Of a stretch of DNA of 64,000 bases, positions 13,882 to 27,417 are shown piece after piece (the first letter of the stretch is position 1; the number at the start of each line of letters is the position of its first letter). The translations under genes were made by a program, and so were the position numbers. Source of the stretch: Dimorphilus gyrociliatus (lineage: Eukaryota > Animalia > Annelida); contig CAJFCJ010000023.1 of assembly GCA_904063045.1 (NCBI GenBank), positions 682,001 to 746,000 on the forward strand, in the 5' to 3' direction. Under the pieces are notes generated by a model. It was not told the origin of the DNA. It searched no databases and saw only the letters and a list, made by a program, of their open reading frames with translations.

Positions 13882-15749
13882 TGCCCTAGCCGAATATTTG
13901 CCAAGATAATCCGAAAGGTCTAGATGGCGCTGAAGAGAGGGCACAGAAAATGTAGGAATTATTCAACGCAACATGTGCAGCTATAGGAAAGGATAAATAT
14001 AAACGAAAAGCGCGTGCTGATAATTTATTCATTGGTCCATTGCTCCGCTTTATAATATAACTGTAAAAATTTTATATCGGTTGCACTTATGTTTGTCAGC
14101 CTTTAGTAAAAAAAACAAGTCTGCCTTTCTCTCTTTCTCTTCCGTTTTTGTCTTTTTTTTCCCCTCAGAAAAGTCTTAACTTAACTTTTAGTTTTGCTAC
14201 TTTGGCGTTGTGTATGTGTGTGAGTGTGTATTTGTGTATGTGTATATGTGTATGCGTTTCTCTCTCTGTCTTTCTTTTTCTCTCTTTCCGCCTCCGCCTC
14301 CCCCTCCCTTTCCATTTCCCTCTCTCTCCGTTACGCCCTCCTTCTCTCCTCTTCTTGATGTCAACCTAGCGATCCATCTCTCGCCTCTCTTTTATTCAAT
14401 TCCTTTGCCACTTGGCTTTCATCTTTCGTGCCGTTTAACAACTTAGAGAAGAATCTACCTAAAATTTCCTCTATCCTTTTCTCATTAGACATCAGAGTAT
14501 AAAGTTATTTCCTCGCACGTTTATCTGTTTATGTATGCTAAACGATAAACAAGCAGACGATCGCACACAAATATATTAGGCAAACACTCACGTGAGCGGT
14601 TTACACTAAAAAATATGTAAATATACATTATTATAAACACGTATAATGTATAGTCATGTAGCTCTCTTTTGTTCATGTTCTTGTACATTTCTACATAAAT
14701 GCTTCCTCTTTCAACTACTAGGTGTCGCCAGTCAACAACCGATAACCAACTCAAGCTCCATCTGTATTGGCGGGAGAAGACGTCTATTTACGAGTTGTGA
14801 CTCGGATTAAAATAAGCAAATCCAATTACTTATGAGAGTAAATCGAATCAAGTATCATTTAGCAGCCGTATATATACAAGTTCACTTGCTCCTCTTCGTA
14901 AACCGTATACATGTATATGTATACATTAGACGGTATAAATTCACCATTTATCTCTCTGCTATCTTTCATTTTTAGTAACAACTCCGCATATCGCCTCAAT
15001 GCTTGTTTACTATACATATACACTACATGTAGGATACTTTTATATTCATTTATTCAACTAGTCGTTCATCCATCCATCCATTCACCCATCAATCCATCGA
15101 TCCATTCATTCCTCTATCCACCCACCCACCTATCCACCCATCCATCTATCACCTTTAACCTCGTTTTCTACTCTTTTCATATTTTACAAAAAGGCAATAC
15201 ACTCAAAATAATATTAGTAATAATAATAATAATATTAAAGAAATTGGAGAAGAAAAGAAGATATATTCTTTTAGACCATCACAAATTTTTAAAGGAAGAA
15301 AATAATCGTATTTCCTCTCTTCCTCTTTTTATTGTTCTTTAAAGAGGAATATTAAAATCATTCAACCAAAAGTGAGTCAATATGATAGAATCATTTGCTA
15401 GACTGATTTGTCGCTGATTAGAATGTAAGACAGTTTCGTACAAAGATAAAAGAAATTAAGAAATGTACATACAAATTTACTAAACAGCTTGACTCTCAAA
15501 ATACATGAATAACATTTTGCAACATCTCTCATTCAAGAAGGCTTTGTTAATTGGCAATAAACTATTATTACTAGTCTTATTACTATGATTTAGTTATTGA
15601 TACTATTATCAATCAGTTTTCTTTTTAGAGATACACGAACGCACACACACACACACGCAGGCGTACGCATGCTAAAAAAATCAACAAAAACAACAAATTG
15701 TCTATCGTCCAACTGGGTGAATTGAGCAGTCTCTTCCATCTCTATTGAT

Positions 15750-15762
15750 CCACCAGGTGGCG
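15750..15762 (+). promoter_or_regulatory. CTCF-like core motif
   Basis: CCACCAGGTGGCG matches the CTCF core consensus CCASYAGRKGGCR. It is intergenic, between the tetraspan gene 5' end and the CBX 3' end. Confidence 0.45.
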
Positions 15763-17248
15763 AAAATTTTGTTATTTATTCGAAAATTACGTAAATCAGA
15801 TGCGATTAGACCGCAGCTGTCAGACTTTAAGGTTACAAAGGCGAGCTTTCTTGTTCTTGTCATGTGCCAGGTGTATTCAAATGAGGGTCGTATTAGGCCT
15901 AGGGAGGGTTAGGAGCAGGTGGTCAGCGTGCACGCATTTAAGAGAACGATTACAAAAGGTTGGTGAGAAAAGGTTGTTTACTGATCCTTTCATTAAGCTC
16001 AGGCCGTATGTGTAGCACAGATCATTAGGCAAGGCACCGAACCAGATTTGAGATTTAAAATTTGAATTACAAACTAGTCGTCTTTTATATGACGACTATT
16101 GAGGCAGCGGGAAAGATCTATAGCAAGCCGATAAGAGTTTCACACTAAATGGATTGCTATCTATTACAAAATTTGATAAATACATATGAAAAAACATCAA
16201 AAACTACTTCTCCTTACCAAATCTTGTATGAAAAATTTGTTCTCATTTCGACATTTAGCGCAATAACAGCTTCTTCTGATTCGCTCCACGAGAAAAAAAA
16301 GAATTACAGTTAATGTCACGAATATCCATTGTATAGCGTAATACTATAGCTGTGAATTATTCTCGCAAGAGAATAAACATTGCACCACTATATCAGCATC
16401 CAGTGGTGCATTTAGCCGATAAATAGGCCCTTTCTATTCTCGTCCTCCTTACCTCCCACTGTCACCCATCCTGTCCCATTCCTTTCGGAGGGAGCGTAAA
16501 TGTAAACGAACAACTTGTTCTCCGCACTTTTGGAGAAAGGAAGAGAAGGGGAAGTGAAAGAAAATAATTTCTTTCTATTCTGTTCCACTTATTAATTCAG
16601 TGTATAGCGAAATAATGGCGTAGGAAAAGGGCAAACGAACGAGGCGGAGGATCGATAAGGTTAAGAGAAAGAGAGAGAGAGAGAGAAGAAAAGATAAGAA
16701 AAGAAAGAGAGAATAGAGAAACGAGCGAGGAAGGCATTAAATGAAGAGAGGAATAATAGAGATAATAGCCCAAGAACGTTTTTACATCAATTTTCGACTG
16801 ACTGCAATAAAGAAATCAATTGGGCAAACACGAAAGAAATCCAATCCAAATCCGTTTCGTTCCATAGTATGCATCCGTTTCTTTAAAGAATACAAGATGT
16901 AGTATTTCAAACGCTCTTCCTTGCCATTAATATTAATGATAATTTCAATGACTTAGACAGGGCGTTTAGACGTCATAAATGAAATAACAGCGTTTCTAAT
17001 TGTGTAATGATTAGTTGTTTTTTTTTTTGGTATATTTTTATGGCATTAACGAAGAAAAATATGTCGAATATTTACAGTTTGTTGTTCGCCTTTTTATCAA
17101 GTGTGTTTGTCATTCAAGACTATAAATCAGATTGACAGAACAAATAAAAAGAAGAGAAAAGAAGATAAAGGAGTCGGAAAAGAAAAGAGACGGCAGGACG
17201 AACAATTGAACATAGTCTTAAGAAGGGAAGAAAAATAGAAGGGTAGCT

Positions 17249-19542
17249 TTAATCCGAGAAAAATCCATCCTTTGTTGAACATTCGGAGAAAGTGACCGTT
17301 AAATTCGAACAAGTCACATCTGTGATGACAACATCTGGATTTTGAGTTTTCCATCTCTTTTTTGGATGCTCGACAATTTTAGGGGTGACGTTTTCCCTCT
17401 CTTCGAAATTTAGGCTTCTTGCAGCTTTAGCGGCATTAACTGTTATTCGGGGTGGAGTAAGATCGGTGGATTCTTCATCAGTTTGCAGTTCAGTAAGCGT
17501 TCTCGATAGAACATTGTTATTCATTTCGGCTTCCTCTTCCTATGGAATTGAAGAGATATATAGTAAATAATAAAAGGGTAAAGTGTATGTATGTATGTAC
17601 TTGAAAACCCGATTCTTAACAATTACGACATTTAAAGGATTGCTAATCTAGGCCACACGTCTACTGAATTATTTCGCAAAAAAGATACTTTAATTGAAAT
17701 TGTAGATTTTAGTAAATAAATATAAGTAGACATTCATACGGCTTATTAGCTTCGCATTTAGGCTAAATTATCGCTCTTCTTTTAATACCCGTTCGTTAAA
17801 TAAAAACGAGATCTTTGTGCTTTGGGGACTAATTCTAGCTGGTAATTGGCTTTTACGGTCGGTTGCCTTTTAAAGCAAAGCTATATAGACGAATTTTCCG
17901 TTAGGAAATTATCGACAGATGAATAGTAAAAGATATATAGTATACTATTCATGTATATATGTATTAGACACGTCGCACAAGGTTAATTAATGGGCCGATA
18001 CTAATTTCTGTAACTTTTTTTGTTTCTTTTTATCAATTCTGTCTACTTGATAACGAATATACAGTAGTTTTAATTTAACTATTGTCACTTGTTAAAAGCT
18101 TTAATGGCATTATTCATGAATATTGATAAAATATTAATGAGTTGTTAGTAATCGTCAAAACGTTCTTAGTCATAAATGCTTTCCTCTCTCTCTCTCTCCC
18201 TCCTTATTACTAATATAGGTACCGATGATGACGACAGCAGTTTGGAATGAATAAGCAAAAACCAGGCAAGTGACGAAAGACTAAAGCAAAGAAATAATAC
18301 ATTTCTCAATCTAATTACGAAGCTGACATTTTTCACAAGATTGCGCAATCTCTCTATAAAAATCTCTAATTAACCTTTGGGATGCGGAACGTTCTTTTTA
18401 AGAATTAAAGCGCGACAAATAAACTGTCCTGAAAATAGACCTATTCTGTAATTTTCTTTTTTAAGGGCGACAGGTGCTTTAGGCAGATGTGAAAATTGCG
18501 CCAAAAAAAATTTTTACGAACAAAGCGGTACAATGTAGACAATATCATTTTTTCCCCTTTTCATATAGGAGGTATATTAACAACTGTCTTTCCTTGCCCT
18601 CCACCTCTTTTATCCCTCTGGCAATTTCTATTGATTTCTTTTAAACTTGAGAGAGAGAGAAGAGAAAAGGAAGAAAGATTACTTTCAATAATATCACTTT
18701 CTCTTCCCCAATTTCGAAAGTAAAGTAAAGAAAAGGCAAGCAAGTGCACACAGACACTCGGATCGGACCCTTTTTGTTTCCTACTATCTCAAGTGAGAAA
18801 TCTGTTTAGCCTACAGAAAAACCAGAGCGTCAGATATTAGTTTTTTTTGGGTTTTTGTACTGTTATGGGTAAATTATGGGTTTATCCGATCTGAATCATC
18901 CATCATATCATTTATTCCAGTTATTAATAACTTACTTCCTCATCGTCTTCGTCCTTCCTCCTCTTTGCCGCCTTTCTCTTCCTTAAATTTTCCTTTTTCT
19001 TGTCAATACTAGATGGGAAAGTGAAAAAAAATTTTTTCTAGTTGTAGCCATAGTAACTATTGATTTTTTCCTTATATTTTTGTGTATTTTATAAATCTGA
19101 CAAACCTTCCTAAAAATGCATCAATAAGGCCTTTATCCAAAATATTCTCCTCCGGTTCCCACGTATTATACCTTTAAAATTTTGAAAGGATTATTGATCT
19201 CCAATCGAACGACAGAGCGAGAGAGAGAGAGAGAGAAGGGGATTGAATAAAATTCGAAATACTATTCAATGTTTGTCTCTCTCTTGGGCTACTTACATCG
19301 GTTTCCAACCTTTCCATTTAACAAAATACTCCCTTTGGCCCTAAAATACGAAAAATATTAAGAATATTTAGCGAAATGCATCGTAGGCAACCAGCTGAGA
19401 ATTTCGGCAGTTAGATTTTCTGGCATGTAGCCAAGATAATCCAAGATGTACATTTTTCTATTATTTTACAAAATCTTACAATAACCTTTCTAGTGCGGCG
19501 CTTTACGATTCGTTCGGCAGTATAGATTTCGTCATCCGCCAT
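17249..19542 (-). CDS. CBX: Polycomb group chromobox protein (Pc/CBX7-like), 176 aa
   Basis: complement(join(17249..17539,18936..19008,19106..19171,19297..19340,19486..19542)). Chromodomain [41 protein letters not shown] and C-terminal Pc box VVITDVTCSNLTVTFSE. Confidence 0.92.
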
Positions 19543-19613
19543 CGTTTGTCAACGGGTTAATCCGCTAAAATGCGGCAAATTTGCGCAGTTGGGCTGTTTA
19601 TAATATTAGCGCG

Positions 19614-19824
19614 GCCGCCATATTAAATGACGTCACTGCGCGCGCTTTTTTATATACTTTATGCGCATGCGTTTAATTTATTGCAAACATTAGTTTCCTT
19701 TCCCTCCATTTCCATTTTGTATTTTTCAATTTTTATAAATCTTCATTCCAGTCTCTCTTCTCATTTCTATATAATAAAAAGGGGGGAAAACAACATCAAA
19801 ACAAAGTAAAACCCCGCCCACGCC
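19614..19824 (-). promoter_or_regulatory. CBX proximal promoter with YY1/Pho-like site, CRE and GC box
   Basis: GCCGCCATATT at 19614-19624 (AATATGGCGGC in the sense direction), TGACGTCA at 19628-19635 and CCCCGCCCACGCC at 19812-19824, in a locally CpG-rich patch upstream of the ATG. Confidence 0.5.
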
Positions 19825-21230
19825 AACTATGTTCCCATTGTTTTCACAAGGGAATAAGGAGCCAGTTCAACGATAAAGATATAATTCTGCAATAAATGAT
19901 GAAATGTCCCTATTTATCTGTGAGATTGTTCTTTGAAAGGAGAGCACTACGATGGATAAATTAATAGGACGGAACGTATTTGGGAAGAGTGGGAGAGAAA
20001 GAGGGGGGGGAAAATGAGTTGAAAATGGGAGGGAAAATTTGAAAATAGAAAGAAAAGGATAGCTTAATTGATACATTTGTAAAAGGTTATATTTTTGCGA
20101 AACCTTTTCGAGTTATTCATATTCTCCCTGTCATCTTATTACAGTTTCTGGTATTTATATCACATATAATCGGGAAAGAAAGTAAGTGATAAGCTTGAGA
20201 ATACCGACAATGCCGTTAGTGTGGTGCAATATTGCATTGACGACAATGACGATGATCAGAGATCGTTAGCCTATAGCTGGAAATGATAAAGTTAATAAAA
20301 CCTTCTATTTATATATATATACATTATATATACAGTATATATACAGTATATACAGTATACTGCTCTATATATATATATATACTTGTACATTTCGCCACAC
20401 GTGTTTCGTCCGCTTGTCTTTATAAATAATACGGAGTGTACTCTTAATATGTACAGTATATATGAATATATATATATATCCTATTAATAGCAAGCTTACA
20501 CACAATATGACGCTAATAAAGCAAAGCACTTTTCTTTTTTTTAATTATGTATAGTATATTCTTCCTCTTCATTCCTCCCTCCTCTTCTCTCTCGCTCTCT
20601 TTATCTCTATAAAAAAACCTGCAAAAAAACCAGAATATTTTTATCCATAAGCACGAGACAAAATATCAAACTATTATAAAAAAAACCAATACCTAAATAG
20701 GCTTATTTAGTGTAAAAAGTCGTTCTTGTTACGAATTATGAGCCTATTTTCTCTCCCTCTCTCTTCCTTTCTTTTAAGTACTAAAAATTAGGTGAGCAAA
20801 TGCGAAAAGTCGTAAGAAAAGAGACTCGTTGCAAAGTTGTTAACAGGCTGATGGTACTAGGAAAGTAAATAGAAGAGAAATATAGTACTTTATGTACTGT
20901 ATACAGTATATTATGTATTTGCTATGTTTCTTTTGAATAAGAAAAGAAATAGGGGAAAAGGTGTTTTCCATTCAACTCGAGTGCTAATAAATTGTTTATG
21001 ACATATTGACATTTTACGTAGTTTTTTTTTCAATGCCTAATTTGTTTTTTCGCTTTTTTAGACAAAAAAAAGAACACAAAAAATGCCTTATCAATTGATA
21101 CGGAATGAGAGTTTTTAATTGTTTATACTAGTTCTATTGCGGTCGTTTGAGATTTTAGCGTTTGATATACTAATTGAATTTTGGAAAAGGGCTTGACATT
21201 TTTAATTGTCTACTTGTTTTCAGGTTACCA

Positions 21231-21278
21231 GGCTACGGGGCTACGGGGCTACGAGGCTACGAGGCTATAAGGCTACGA
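21231..21278 (+). repeat. Six-copy 8-bp minisatellite GGCTAYRR
   Basis: ggctacgg ggctacgg ggctacga ggctacga ggctataa ggctacga read directly from the sequence. Confidence 0.85.
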
Positions 21279-22296
21279 GCGAGTCGATTTGTCCAGGTAT
21301 TGATTTTGTTTTTTTGTCAATCATCAACGATTATTTATGGCGAGTGGATAGAAATGAGGAGCTCTGCTTGACGGCCATTGATTAATTATATTAGTTATTA
21401 GGCGCCATCATTGAATTGAATGGATCATTATTCAAATTAGCATTAAATCAAGTTAAAGTATTCCTAAGGCAGATTGTAATAATACTTTATATCCGGTTTA
21501 TATCTATTTCGTTTCTGAATTTATTATTTATTTTTAGTGCATTTGATGGAATTCTGTCAACTCGTCTCTGCATTTGTTGTCTCTAGAGTTGAAATTAGTC
21601 TAAACGACTAACTTAAGTTGTCCGCCGGGAATTGATAGAAAGCTGACGTGTTTAAAGATAGTGCCGCCTTTCTCAGTTTGAAAAATTAGGTTATAAGGAA
21701 TGCTTTAAGAAACGCCTTTAAGCTGTTCGCCTGATAAATAGCCCTGGTAGAATTCTATTAGGCTAAAAGGAGGTTTCGTTGGCTGGAGTCGAATGACTGA
21801 AGAATCGGAGAATTCTGTTATCTTTTCCCCAAAGTATCACTTTGAGTGATGATTGGCAAATGGCCAAGAAAGAAAAACAGCCTAAAGAAGGAGGGCGAGA
21901 CTAAATGAAAAAAGAAAAGAACAAATGAAGGAAAATATTGACAAATAAAAGATAAAAGAAAGGGAAAAAACAAACAATTAATTATTCATAAAAAAATCAA
22001 TAAAGAAATAAGAATAAAGAAAAATGAAATTATTGAAAAGGTAACATTTGCAAAAAGTTTCATCATTTTCTCAAATACAAACTCTACTGTTGTTGAGATT
22101 ATAATACAAAGTTTCTATATTTTAAATCTCCCTATAGATACTCTCTCTCTCTCTCTCTTTCTCTACATATACGGTATACTCGAGTATACATATGGAGAAT
22201 TTAATACAAATCAATTGAATGAATGAATGAATGATAGAATGAATGAATGAAAATTAATAATAATAAAAAAATCCTCATTGTTTCTATAAGTTTTTC

Positions 22297-23703
22297 CTAG
22301 GAATCGGTGAAACAGGTTGAAGAATCAACCATTGAACTCTTTTCATTGCATTTGTAAGCCTGTTGAAACTCTTTCATCTGTGAAAGGACGAAATTAATAG
22401 CGTACGGCGTTGGAATATAGTTGTATTTCATCCAATTCTCCTTCTCTTCTTTGTATTTGACGCACTGATTCTATTCGAGGAGACGGTAAAGCGAAACGAT
22501 TAAGATTAATTCGAATGGAACAGTATTCTCCTCCTTACCTGAACTGCAGCTAGAAAGAAAGTTTGCCTGGCCGATAGTCCCAGTCCCGATAGTAGCGGCA
22601 CTTCGACGTGATTCCTCTTCGTTGATAAATGATTTTCCAACGACTGTAAGTAAATGTAAATCAAATAGTCATAGAAATGTTTCTTCCCTCGCCAATTACT
22701 TAATTACTTACATAGATCAGAGCGCCAAAGGCGTGCCTATAATAAATGATATTGTAAATATACGGATCTTTCGTTTTGAATAATTTCTCAGTTTTCGAAT
22801 CTATTGAGAATCTTTTAGATTTTATCTTTTTCTTTACGCATACTTCGTCTCTCTCGTATTTGGTTACTGTCTCCGGAGTCCACCAAGATTGACTAGATCT
22901 AGGTCTATGAGCTGTAATTCAATTACATTTGCAAATGTGCAGTGTATACACTAAAAGTAGTTTTAAGATACAGAATATACATTGTATATACTGTATATAT
23001 AAGCGTGCGTATGCGCTCTATTTTCTTATTCTTACTTGGAGGTATAACCAAGAACGATAATGCTCTCGCAATACCAAAGCCGAAAGAGCCAAAATTAAAT
23101 ATAAAAGGAACTTTTGGATTGAAGAACGGTTCCTATTTATAAAAACGAAAGAGATTAAAAACTATGTTCACTAATTACAAAACTAATAAATTAGATTAAT
23201 TTCAAAGCTAACCTGAAAGAGAAGTTTCGGTATAAATAGATATTTCTGGGAAGCGTACAAATACGAATAACACTTAAAATGAGTAAAGTATCTTGTATTG
23301 TACGATCCCCTCTCTTGCCCTTTAACATCGTCATACAGGATATTCCAATGTATTTTTGATGCTTCGACAATATTCTCCAAATAGCTATGTTTTAAAGTTA
23401 TATTGGCAAACTGTATAGAATGAGAAGGGAAAAGAGAGAGAAACCAAATCAATCAAACATTCCTCTATACAAAATGGTTTTACTGAATAAAAATATTTAC
23501 TTGAATATATCTTTTTGCTCGCCAATTTCTTTTATCTAGACTTGTCTTCAGACCTTTCACCTGGTTAAAGAAGAAAAAAATCAAATGATTCGTTCCACTC
23601 GGCAAGAACTATTCGTCTAGAAAAGATTATATGGTAATGGACGATTCGCATTAAGTTTACTCTCCCTCTCTCTCTCTGTCTCTCTCACTCTAATTCTCGG
23701 TGG

Positions 23704-23765
<62 letters not shown>

Positions 23766-26240
23766 TTAAGAGGAGGAGGAGGAGGAGGAGGAGAAGTGGG
23801 AGGAGAATTATAATGATGATGACGATGAGGAGGAGGAAATGCGTGTTTTTTACTTGCTATTATTATCTTTTCATTAGTAGTGCTGAGCGCTTTAGGACTT
23901 TTAATAAGAGACTATTTACATTTTTTTTCGCGTTGTAGGAGGAGAGCTGATCCATATATTTACTTGCTCTTAATTTATCGATATATCCAATATATCCTTG
24001 TTGGATTGCTGTAACGATTTCTTTAATCTAGATGACAGAAGAAAAAGAAAACAAACTCAAAGTATTACGGATAAGCCTAATTCGTTCAAGCTATTTGCTT
24101 ATATTACTTGCGACATGTGGTAGGCTTTTGTTCTCGTTAGCTTCTTCTCAACCATTGAAACGCCTTCCGGTAAATGGAGTATTGTGTTGAGGAGACACAT
24201 GTACTCGTCGGTAAACAATGACCTATCCGGTCTGTCGCTCTCTTTAACCGTCTTGAGAAAATTGCTGATATATGTGCTATATGATCCTCCATATTCGTAG
24301 ATTGAATTTTCTAATATCATCCACAGAACGTAATTATTCAATTTCCTTTGATGATTAAGCAAAATGAATTTTTCACCGCCTAAAGCTTAATTACGTTCGC
24401 TTAAGAAAAGAAATACCTTTTCATATCAAAACTCTTATCTTTAAAGTAACTACAAAAGCTTTTTATAGACTTTTCCTCTCGAATGATTATGTTTGTACTG
24501 TTTTTAAAAAGTTTCTTCTTTCCCGTAAACAGATTATTAATAAATTTCAGCCAATCCAACTGATGAGAAGAAGCCAATAAATAAAGAGATCAAAAAATCA
24601 ACAGCCATATACAAATAGGACAAAATAGTGAATTATTAATGTATATACAAGCGTATATAGTAATATTTACATTTGGGCATATCTTATATAGGTAGGAAAT
24701 TTTCACTGTGTAGCTTCTTCCGTACTCTTGAGGATAGTAATTCTTAAAATAAAAAGGCAAACTGAATGTGAACGCTTCTTTCTTTATCACAAGTCATTTA
24801 ATACAATACTTTATATATATCGTTCGTAATCGCAAGAGAATCGTTAACGAATTCGGTTAACTGCTGGTCATTAACTTTTCTACCAGTTTCTTCTAATGCA
24901 TGATTCATTGAATCCTTCATAAATGTTGTGTAGGCGTTGATCTTCTGTATCCAAAATCAATTATGCTCATTTCTTTGCTGTTTGTTTAGAAATGTATGAA
25001 ATTACCTGCGTTGAATTTGACGTCAGAGCTAAATAGTTCCAAGTAAAAATTGATGAATGGGGACCCAACTATGACAGAGGAGAAAAAGTTTTTAATTTAG
25101 TTTCTCAATGCGTTTCTCTCGAGATTTGAAAGAAATATTACGCTAAGAAGTGTTGAAGAATCTTTAGAAGGATGTGGCCCCGCTACTATTGAAAAGAAGA
25201 CTAATGGTCCAAAAGTTTTTGTAATTTTGGTTACAGCGTCCGTAAAGTCCCAATCTGTACCGGTCCATTTATCCTAGAAAATGAAGAAAATTGTATAAGG
25301 AACAAAATTCGTTTAACACAAACTGCTATCGCATTGATTTGGTTTTGCTATTTAAAGGAAATAAGAAAGAAAGGAAGGAAGGAAGAGAGCGAGAGAGAGA
25401 GAGAGAGTGAGAGAGAGAGCAAGGGGGCAAACCTAGACCTAACCCTGTTAGGGATGAGTAGTTTTGACGTTTTATAACGTACCTCCAGTAACCATATAGA
25501 CAATTTCATCTTGTTAAATATTTTCTCTATAGTATTTAAAAGTTTTCTCGAGTAAGACTTATAAATACAAGATCTGTAAAAGTTCTTTGCCGCAACGTAA
25601 GGTTTATAATAGTATTTCTTCCTCCAGGACACCATATCTGAAAGAATCACGAACAAATTTTAAAAAGACAATGAGAAGAGTAAGTAGAGGCGGAGAGGGA
25701 GGGGAGGGGGGGCGAAACACAGACAAACTTATTCATAAGTTTAAAATTACATTTTCTAACTGGTTTCATCAGTTCATTCTTTATCTTCATCCAAATATCG
25801 TATTTTAAAGATTCCTTTATAGTATACTTAACCGAGTAGAACTCTTGTTGAGGATACTGGTTTCGATTGATAAAACCACCGCAAGCGTACTGGTAAAAAT
25901 CCTCACAGGGCGATACTCTTCTATCCATATTTTCGGATATTTTTGCCGTCATTCTAAGGCATTCTCCCGTATTACATTCGTAATTCCCATTCGAGAAGGA
26001 TGATTCGATTTTAGCCGACAAATTAACGTTATCTAGCAGATATCTTTCGGCCCAAATCGATTCGGGATGAACAATAAATTTCTGTTGGATAGATGACAAT
26101 TTTACAGCGACAACTCCTATACCCGCCACGAGAAAAACGCTAATAGTTATAAGTAGGATTGATAAGGTTGCAACGATAGATTCCTTGTAGTGTTGAGCGT
26201 AAACTCTGATTCGAAGGATGTACGATGTTTCCTCGTTCAT
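22297..26240 (-). CDS. Neprilysin/ECE family (peptidase M13) type II membrane protein, predicted catalytically inactive, ~789 aa
   Basis: 15 exons: 25751-26240, 25483-25637, 25142-25273, 25006-25068, 24810-24944, 24671-24742, 24417-24559, 24108-24345, 23920-24027, 23501-23560, 23213-23410, 23036-23132, 22712-22911, 22539-22643, 22297-22470; phases consistent (exon 1 donor least certain). N-terminal TM anchor, CNTGEC, PCEDFYQYACGG, LNNYVLW, WWTPET, LSGLGLSARQTFFLAAVQ, EFQQAYKC. Confidence 0.88.
23704..23793. repeat. Compound (TAC)n plus (GAG)n microsatellite in an M13 gene intron
   Basis: About 20 TAC units followed by a GAG run. Confidence 0.9.
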
Positions 26241-27258
26241 TTTAGGTGTTGAATTGATAGACTATTCACTCATCTCGTCCTGTTTATTGTCAGAAGTAAA
26301 AGGGGGCGTAGAAACGATTAGCATTTTTACGCATTTTCCACCGATTAAACGCAATAGACAATCGGCTATCGGCTATCGCGTTTATCTCATTAGAATTCCT
26401 ACAAAAGAATTCGTTGATCGTTAAAACCGGATGTAAGTTTCCTATCCTTTCATATTGGTCATATAGTCTTTAAAAATGGTCTATAGATTCCGGTTGGTTA
26501 ACGTCGTTTCTAAACAGAGAAACAGCCAAATTTTGCAAAAGAACACAATAGCTATATAATTCAATGTCAAATTGATTTCTAATTTTACATACATAATCTT
26601 TTCTTATCCTTCCATCCTTTCCTTCCTTCCTTCCGTCAATCCCATCCGCCTCCCTCCTCTTCTCTCTCTGCCTCTCTCTTTCATACTCCCTCTCCCGCTA
26701 AAAACCCTCTTTCTTTCTTTCTTTCTTTCAGTATCTCATTCGTTTTTCGTCTTATAATTTGTCTCTTAAAGTGAATTTAGAGGGTGAAAACATATGTAAA
26801 TATTCACTATTTCGTTTCTTTCCATCTATCTTTATTACCTGTAAAAGGTTCAATTTATTAGTAAACAACACAATAGCGAGAGAAAGAGAGAGAAGAGAGG
26901 GTGAAGGATATCGGAATTTTTTGTTTGGTTTTATTCTTCTCTTTTAAATAATAACAATAGAAAGAAAAAGCTGGGAAATAAATTAGCATAACATCAGAGT
27001 TAGATGAAGAGGGAGCTAAGAAGAAGAAAAGGTTAAGAATGAAAGTAAAACAGAATAAACATATGGGTATTGCGTGATATGGAGATGACCGTCCCTAAAT
27101 TAGAAATTTCCTAGCTAAAAATCTCTTTCTTTAGTCAATTACTTTCAAAGATTCTTTTACAATGACTAAATAATTTACTTTCAAAAGACTAATTCATCTT
27201 TTGATAAACGGTGTCGCAAAAGGTCAAATACCAATAAATTTTCATAGGGAAAACTTAC

Positions 27259-27417
27259 TTTTTGATGTTTGGTTTACATCTTGCGCTTGTTTACAAGCAG
27301 TAATACATTTTTCTCTTTTTCTAACCATTATCGTAGTTGTATCTTCAGCTGTTTTAACTTTATTTCCATGCAAATATTCCAATTTTCCCTCTTCTGAAGT
27401 TACTACTAAAGATAAAA
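27259..27417 (-). CDS. Isolated phase 1-1 exon of an unidentified gene
   Basis: Bounded by an AG acceptor and a GTAAGT donor; open frame LSLVVTSEEGKLEYLHGNKVKTAEDTTTIMVRKREKCITACKQAQDVNQTSK. Rest of gene unresolved. Confidence 0.3.

Noticed and set aside
12891-14446. Many 60-140 aa ORFs rich in LSLS, VCVC, IYLS or HPSI here and throughout the track
   Set aside because: They are translations of (CT)n, (GT)n, (ATCT)n and (CCAT)n microsatellites.
16075-16410. Two small inverted repeats (16075-16098, 8-bp stem; 16381-16410, 9-bp stem)
   Set aside because: Stems this short are expected by chance in 64 kb, with no ncRNA or terminal-repeat context.
21231-21278. CRISPR-like array
   Set aside because: The units are contiguous 8-mers with no spacers, in a eukaryotic context.
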